A stretch of 22,894 bases of DNA, from positions 1-22,894 of the forward strand of contig NIVC01005187.1 in NCBI GenBank assembly GCA_002269645.1, in the 5' to 3' direction. The notes under the pieces are model-generated. The model searched no databases and had not been told where the DNA came from. It saw only the letters and a list, made by a program, of their open reading frames with translations. Positions 19,201-22,894 of this stretch are shown in pieces; position 1 is the first letter of the stretch, and the number at the start of each line of letters is the position of its first letter. The stretch comes from Macrostomum lignano (taxonomy: Eukaryota). The position numbers were made by a program, and so were the translations under genes.

Positions 19201-20047
19201 AGAGACACTATCATGATGAAGTGCAGAAAGAACTGCCCATAGAGCACAGCAGTTGTCTTTATTTTAACATTTATGCAAGCTTTTTTGCCGGCTAGCTTAT
19301 GCGGGAGATCTATATAAGAGGAGTCTTTAAGTGGGTCATATTTCATGACCATAACAGTCGCTCTTTGAATCCCTCCCACGACCCATCCGGAACCTCTGGA
19401 TGTAAACGCTTCAATTTTCTTAGTGACATCTTGAAGGAAAGGATCCAGTGTGTCTGTAGGGGTGAATGGCTTTGCCTTTGTTGTCATGTAATACTCGAGA
19501 TGTTCAGTGGGTTTTGCAGGCATATAAAACGCAATCTTGAATGATATCTGTAGTTTAAAGGTCTTGCGTGTTTTGAGTGTGTGATCAACAACTGATTGGA
19601 TGCTGTCTTTATAGTCGTAGATGTTTGCGGTGGTGCCGTTTATTGGGATTGTGTACTCTATGTAATGTTCTGTAAACTTCCTCTGTGCAAAATTAATCTC
19701 TTCAATGGCAAGCTCAGACTCTTTTAAATGTATTAATTGCTCTAATTTCTCTTGTTCCTGCTTATTTTGTGGGTACTTTGCTTTTTCACCAGTGAGAGTT
19801 TCGTATTTGTTAACTAAGTTGCGACTCCTCTCTTGGTGTTCCTTTGCAGGATTTTGTATAGGCGCATACTGGTTTGATTCTAATTGTTTTATGATTTCCA
19901 ACTGTTTTTCATAGCTTCCCAGGTGACCAGGGTCGGTGTTAAACTTTTGTTTACATTCTTTCTTAGTAAATTACTTTTGTCTTGAAATGAGACGCCTTTT
20001 GAAAAATATTTGTTGACTAAATCTCTTGCTGGATTGGCTTTTGGCAT
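16206..20047 (-). CDS. polB: Protein-primed family B DNA polymerase (~1280 aa reconstructed) with vOTU, Zn finger and EndoVII/HNH domains; at least 9 frameshifts
   Basis: Reconstructed order: GSGW, SYIDLP, vOTU NKDNCCALW...HYVWIKDLSRL, CRLC..H..C, ExoI YADFE, CHIC..DHCHFTGKFRGAAHNTCN, ExoII HNAKNYD, KGFYPY, ExoIII YLFTDVFLLADVFE, motif A LDANNLYG, motif B KLANNSVYGK, motif C YTDTDS, GKMKDE, LRAKSY, KGI, DNKR..GH. Stop at 16206. Confidence 0.95.
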
Positions 20048-20170
20048 TTTTTCTCGAAAATATAAAAAAATTTTGAGGGTGACCACCCTGATAGAAAAGT
20101 TGAACTGTTTCTACATCCTATCAGTAGCTTTAGGTTTATGAAGCTGGATAAAGTGGGGTTTTAAACCTCA

Positions 20171-20635
20171 TCACATGCGCATTATTGTAAACCCAGCATT
20201 GTGCAGTGTCATGATGGCTTTGACAATGTCAGACTTGCTTACAGAATTTTCATGCACACAAGCATCATGATCATCACAATCATCAAAATCAGGGCAGCCC
20301 TCTCCTGCCTTAATTGTTATACCTTTGTCTCTTGCAATCTTTTGTAATTCTAGCTGGTGGGCTCTATCATTCCCAGCTTTAACAGCAGTTGCTACACCTC
20401 CAGCTACACCACCTGCGGCACTTACGGCACCTGCAATGATTGGGATAAGAGCTGCTAATGGTAGGATTCCTCCTGACTTTTCATCTGTGATGCTGTGTCT
20501 TTGTTCATTACATTGAACTATTTGCTGCACGGGATCGATTTTTACTTTGGCACCTTTAATTGATATAAGACCTGGTTTCTTTGATTCAATGATTTTATTG
20601 AGTTTATTGATGGTTCTGGTTTCAATCTTTGTCAT
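20171..20635 (-). CDS. Small protein carrying an adenovirus pX (pre-mu)-like GG-ILPL hydrophobic segment, 154 aa
   Basis: KSGGILPLAALIPIIAGAVSAAGG versus human adenovirus pX MRGGILPLLIPLIAAAIGA (recalled sequence). A8-ATG start context. Confidence 0.65.
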   Translation of the reverse strand: MTKIETRTINKLNKIIESKKPGLISIKGAKVKIDPVQQIVQCNEQRHSITDEKSGGILPLAALIPIIAGAVSAAGGVAGGVATAVKAGNDRAHQLELQKIARDKGITIKAGEGCPDFDDCDDHDACVHENSVSKSDIVKAIMTLHNAGFTIMRM

Positions 20636-20649
20636 TTTTTTTTAATATT

Positions 20650-21664
20650 TTAATTAATTTCTGTGTCAGCTGGTATCACTAGGAGTTCAGCTCTAGTGAA
20701 TGACCGCGTGGGGGATTTAGGGTTAAAGGCCTGAGATAAAAAGTAATACTCTCCAGAGTCGGAGGTAAAATGTCTGTCTATTTTATGTACATCAAGGCTG
20801 AAGTATGGATCTGTAGCTCTTCTTTTAGTGTCCTTCTCTAGCTCTCCAGGTAGATATAAAAAGCGTAGAAACTCAGAGTTTGTCAGTATGTATGGTGATT
20901 CAACTCCGGTAGCTTAGGGTAGTTCGAGGTGTGTTTTGTGTTGTGCTTGTTGTCTGTTCTATGAGATGTCTTAAGTTTGACAATGTCTTGTTTAATTGCA
21001 TGGGACGGTTTCAATCCAGTCATGCGTGTGACTTCATTGTTCAGTTGCTCTATAACAATGGGGAGTCTTTCTGTCCACTTGGTATAGTACTGCCCCGCAC
21101 TCAGTTTGAGTTCTTGCGCTGTCTGCTTAGTGAATAGTCTCTTGGCTAGAGTTAAATTAAATCTCTCAACGTACGCTTGGTCCCTGTGCAGGTCTGTTCT
21201 TCCGTAGCGAATCTTCGTATTTTTCTTTTCCATAAGGGATTTGACTGCACCCATGAATTCCTTACCCGGGTCGGTCATAAAGGTTTGGGGTATCTGAGCG
21301 GAGAGTTTTTATAAATATCTTGCAGTGCGGCTGCAACTGCTTCTGATTGTTTAGTCTTTAGTGGGCGAGCTTCCTTATATCTGGAGGCAATGTCTGTAAT
21401 GGTAAGAGCATACTTGTAGCCTGAGTCATTGGGGAGAAACAGAAGATCTGCTTGGTGCGCCTCATTAGGTTTATAAATACTGAAATGGGGCCTTTCAAAT
21501 TTTACTGGTGGGAAATAGACTTGAAAGACAGCCTGCTTAGAGAGCCATTTTTCTACTGTAGCTTTTGGCTCCTTACTCAGCTCCATGAGTTTACTAACGG
21601 CATTTTTGCCTACAAAGAATCCTTTGTCGCTGTAGTAGAGTTTTTTAAGTTTCTGATCTGTCAT
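20650..21664 (-). CDS. int: Retroviral-type (RVE, DDE) integrase of the Polinton, two frameshifts
   Basis: HQADL...YALTITDIASRY (D1), MTDPGKEF (D2; frame restored by adding one A at 21284-21286) and YVERFNLTL (E). A third frame gives the C-terminal RFLYLPGELE...RRATDPYFS...RSFTRAELLVIP ending at TAA 20650. Confidence 0.93.
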
Positions 21665-21692
21665 TTTTTAAAAAAAAATTTTAAATAAAATA

Positions 21693-22045
21693 ATGCAGCG
21701 CTCTGGTGGTAAAATAGATTCACATGGACTGATAGAAAAGCTTCCTCATCCAAACAAAGGCTGGACAGTTCCCGGCTATAAATATTGCGGGCCTTTGAAT
21801 CCTCTTGAAATACAGCTGGATGGAAACAACAACCCAAATCCTGGACATGAGCCTGTGAACGAGCTGACTCTGTCTGCATGTGGCACGACGTTAAGTATAG
21901 GGATTATCCAGAGGAGAAGAATCGCTGGGACAAAGAAATGCTTAGGAGACTAGACAGTATAGGGACTTCAAGCGGATTTCGTGAGTCGATTGCTAGGAAA
22001 TTAGTCAAGGCGGTTATTTTTGGTAAGACAAAATTGGGGTTGGGG
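21693..22045 (+). CDS. Parvovirus-VP1u-like phospholipase A2 domain protein (adintovirus PLA2X-like), one frameshift, 3' end uncertain
   Basis: Ca-binding loop PGYKYCGP. Adding one G at 21866 gives PVNELDSVCMWHDVKY (HD dyad), then WDKEM and KTKLGLG. The frame stays open to 22162, but the sequence after 22045 looks non-viral. Confidence 0.85.
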
Positions 22046-22589
22046 ATCGACGGCGAGGGCGGGTGCATAGGGAGAGAGGGTGGGTGCACGGGAGAGAGGG
22101 TGGAGGCTCGGGAACAGGGTTTATTTTGTGCGCTCCTAACAATGAACTGGGAAGACTTTTGAAAGATATGGGGGTAGAGAGAGGCGCTTGAGTCGGGAAG
22201 GGTTTAACTACGAGCGTATTATTCTCAGCCCTGGCCAAACGCAACAGCTGCATTTTTAAAAGTTGAGAAAAGTAGCCCTCTAATCGATTTTTGCGAATGT
22301 ATTGGTAGGAATTTTGTCCATACAATCTTAGGAAAGGAAAGAGTGAGGTTGGGAGTCTTAGCTCGCTTTGCTGGTGTTGGGTGCTTGTGTAGAGCGGTGG
22401 GGTGGCTTGATCGATCGAACGCAACAGCTAGTAACAGAAATTTCGCGTAGATACGAGCGCATGTACATTTGAAAACGATTTTTAGCTCTCTATATCTTCA
22501 CACGCATTGTGCACTGAGAAATAGAAGCGACAGATTATAGTTTTTTATGTGCAACTACTTTACGCTTCTGCTGCTCGACTGAAACCGTA

Positions 22590-22894
22590 ATGGCTTCTAG
22601 TTCATCTATGGATGTCGATTGGTGTTTAAACCTGTCTGGCGAAACAGCGAAACGGAGACTATGCGAGGTCTTATCTGAGACTTTAGTAGAAATCAAGGAT
22701 CCAGTTAGAGCTGCGGAGAAAAGACAAAAAATCGCCAGATTTTTCGGGCTCAACGAAGAGTTGCTGCAAATGGAAGTCCTCACTCTAACGCAGCGGCAGA
22801 AGAAGAAGGAGGCGAGTGATCGCATGGCGGCGCTTGATGCAGAGCGGCGAGCTAAGCGCAAAGAAGACTTCAAACGGAAGCTCACCGCCTCACG
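22590..22894 (+). CDS. Possible 5' part of an ORF running off the window (charged, helical protein)
   Basis: ATG at 22590 with no stop to the window end: MASSSSMDVDWCLNLSGETAKRRLCEVL...RRAKRKEDFKRKLTAS. Absent from the track because it has no stop. No family recognised. Confidence 0.35.
   Translation, partial: MASSSSMDVDWCLNLSGETAKRRLCEVLSETLVEIKDPVRAAEKRQKIARFFGLNEELLQMEVLTLTQRQKKKEASDRMAALDAERRAKRKEDFKRKLTAS

Larger units (their letters stand above)
8650..22045. mobile_element. Endogenous Polinton/Maverick (adintovirus-type) dsDNA virus, ~13.4 kb, right end not seen
   Basis: Co-occurrence of pPolB, RVE integrase, A32 ATPase, adenain-like protease, putative major and minor capsid genes and PLA2. 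AT-rich, intronless, compact gene packing. Starts with AGTAG. Confidence 0.95.

Noticed and set aside
16206-20047. Programmed ribosomal frameshifting in polB
   Set aside because: At least nine shifts in both directions, several splitting conserved motifs; indel error or decay is far simpler.
11594-20070. Trans-splice acceptor sites (pyrimidine tract plus AG) before viral ATGs
   Set aside because: The pattern fits MCP, 12867, 15028 and polB but not penton, ATPase, 14260, protease or integrase; too inconsistent to claim without RNA data.

Overview
Eukaryotic, probably invertebrate animal, genomic DNA; the host cannot be named from the sequence alone. The left ~8.6 kb is host-like. It holds a 5'-truncated RTE-clade LINE fragment with a target-site duplication, two intronless tail-to-tail ecdysteroid-kinase-like (EcKL/CHK) paralogs sharing a ~300-bp near-identical tract, a ~1.45-kb 20-bp minisatellite with a 238-bp higher-order repeat, and an (ATCT)n microsatellite. 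From 8650 to ~22045 lies a nearly complete endogenous Polinton/Maverick (adintovirus-type) dsDNA virus with 13 tightly packed genes: an orphan ORF, minor capsid (penton), major capsid, putative core protein, an amphipathic 'cupiennin-like' protein, A32/FtsK packaging ATPase, a coiled-coil fibre-like protein, a membrane-hairpin protein with PTAP and LYPxI motifs, adenain-like protease, a ~1280-aa protein-primed PolB (vOTU, Zn finger, EndoVII/HNH), an adenovirus pX-like protein, a DDE integrase and a parvovirus-type PLA2. Manual re-framing found 14 frameshift sites, mostly single-base indels in homopolymer runs, and no nonsense substitutions, so the element may be intact in vivo. The left terminus (AGTAG...) is visible but no right TIR is in the window. 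All family assignments come from motif recognition by eye, not from database searches.
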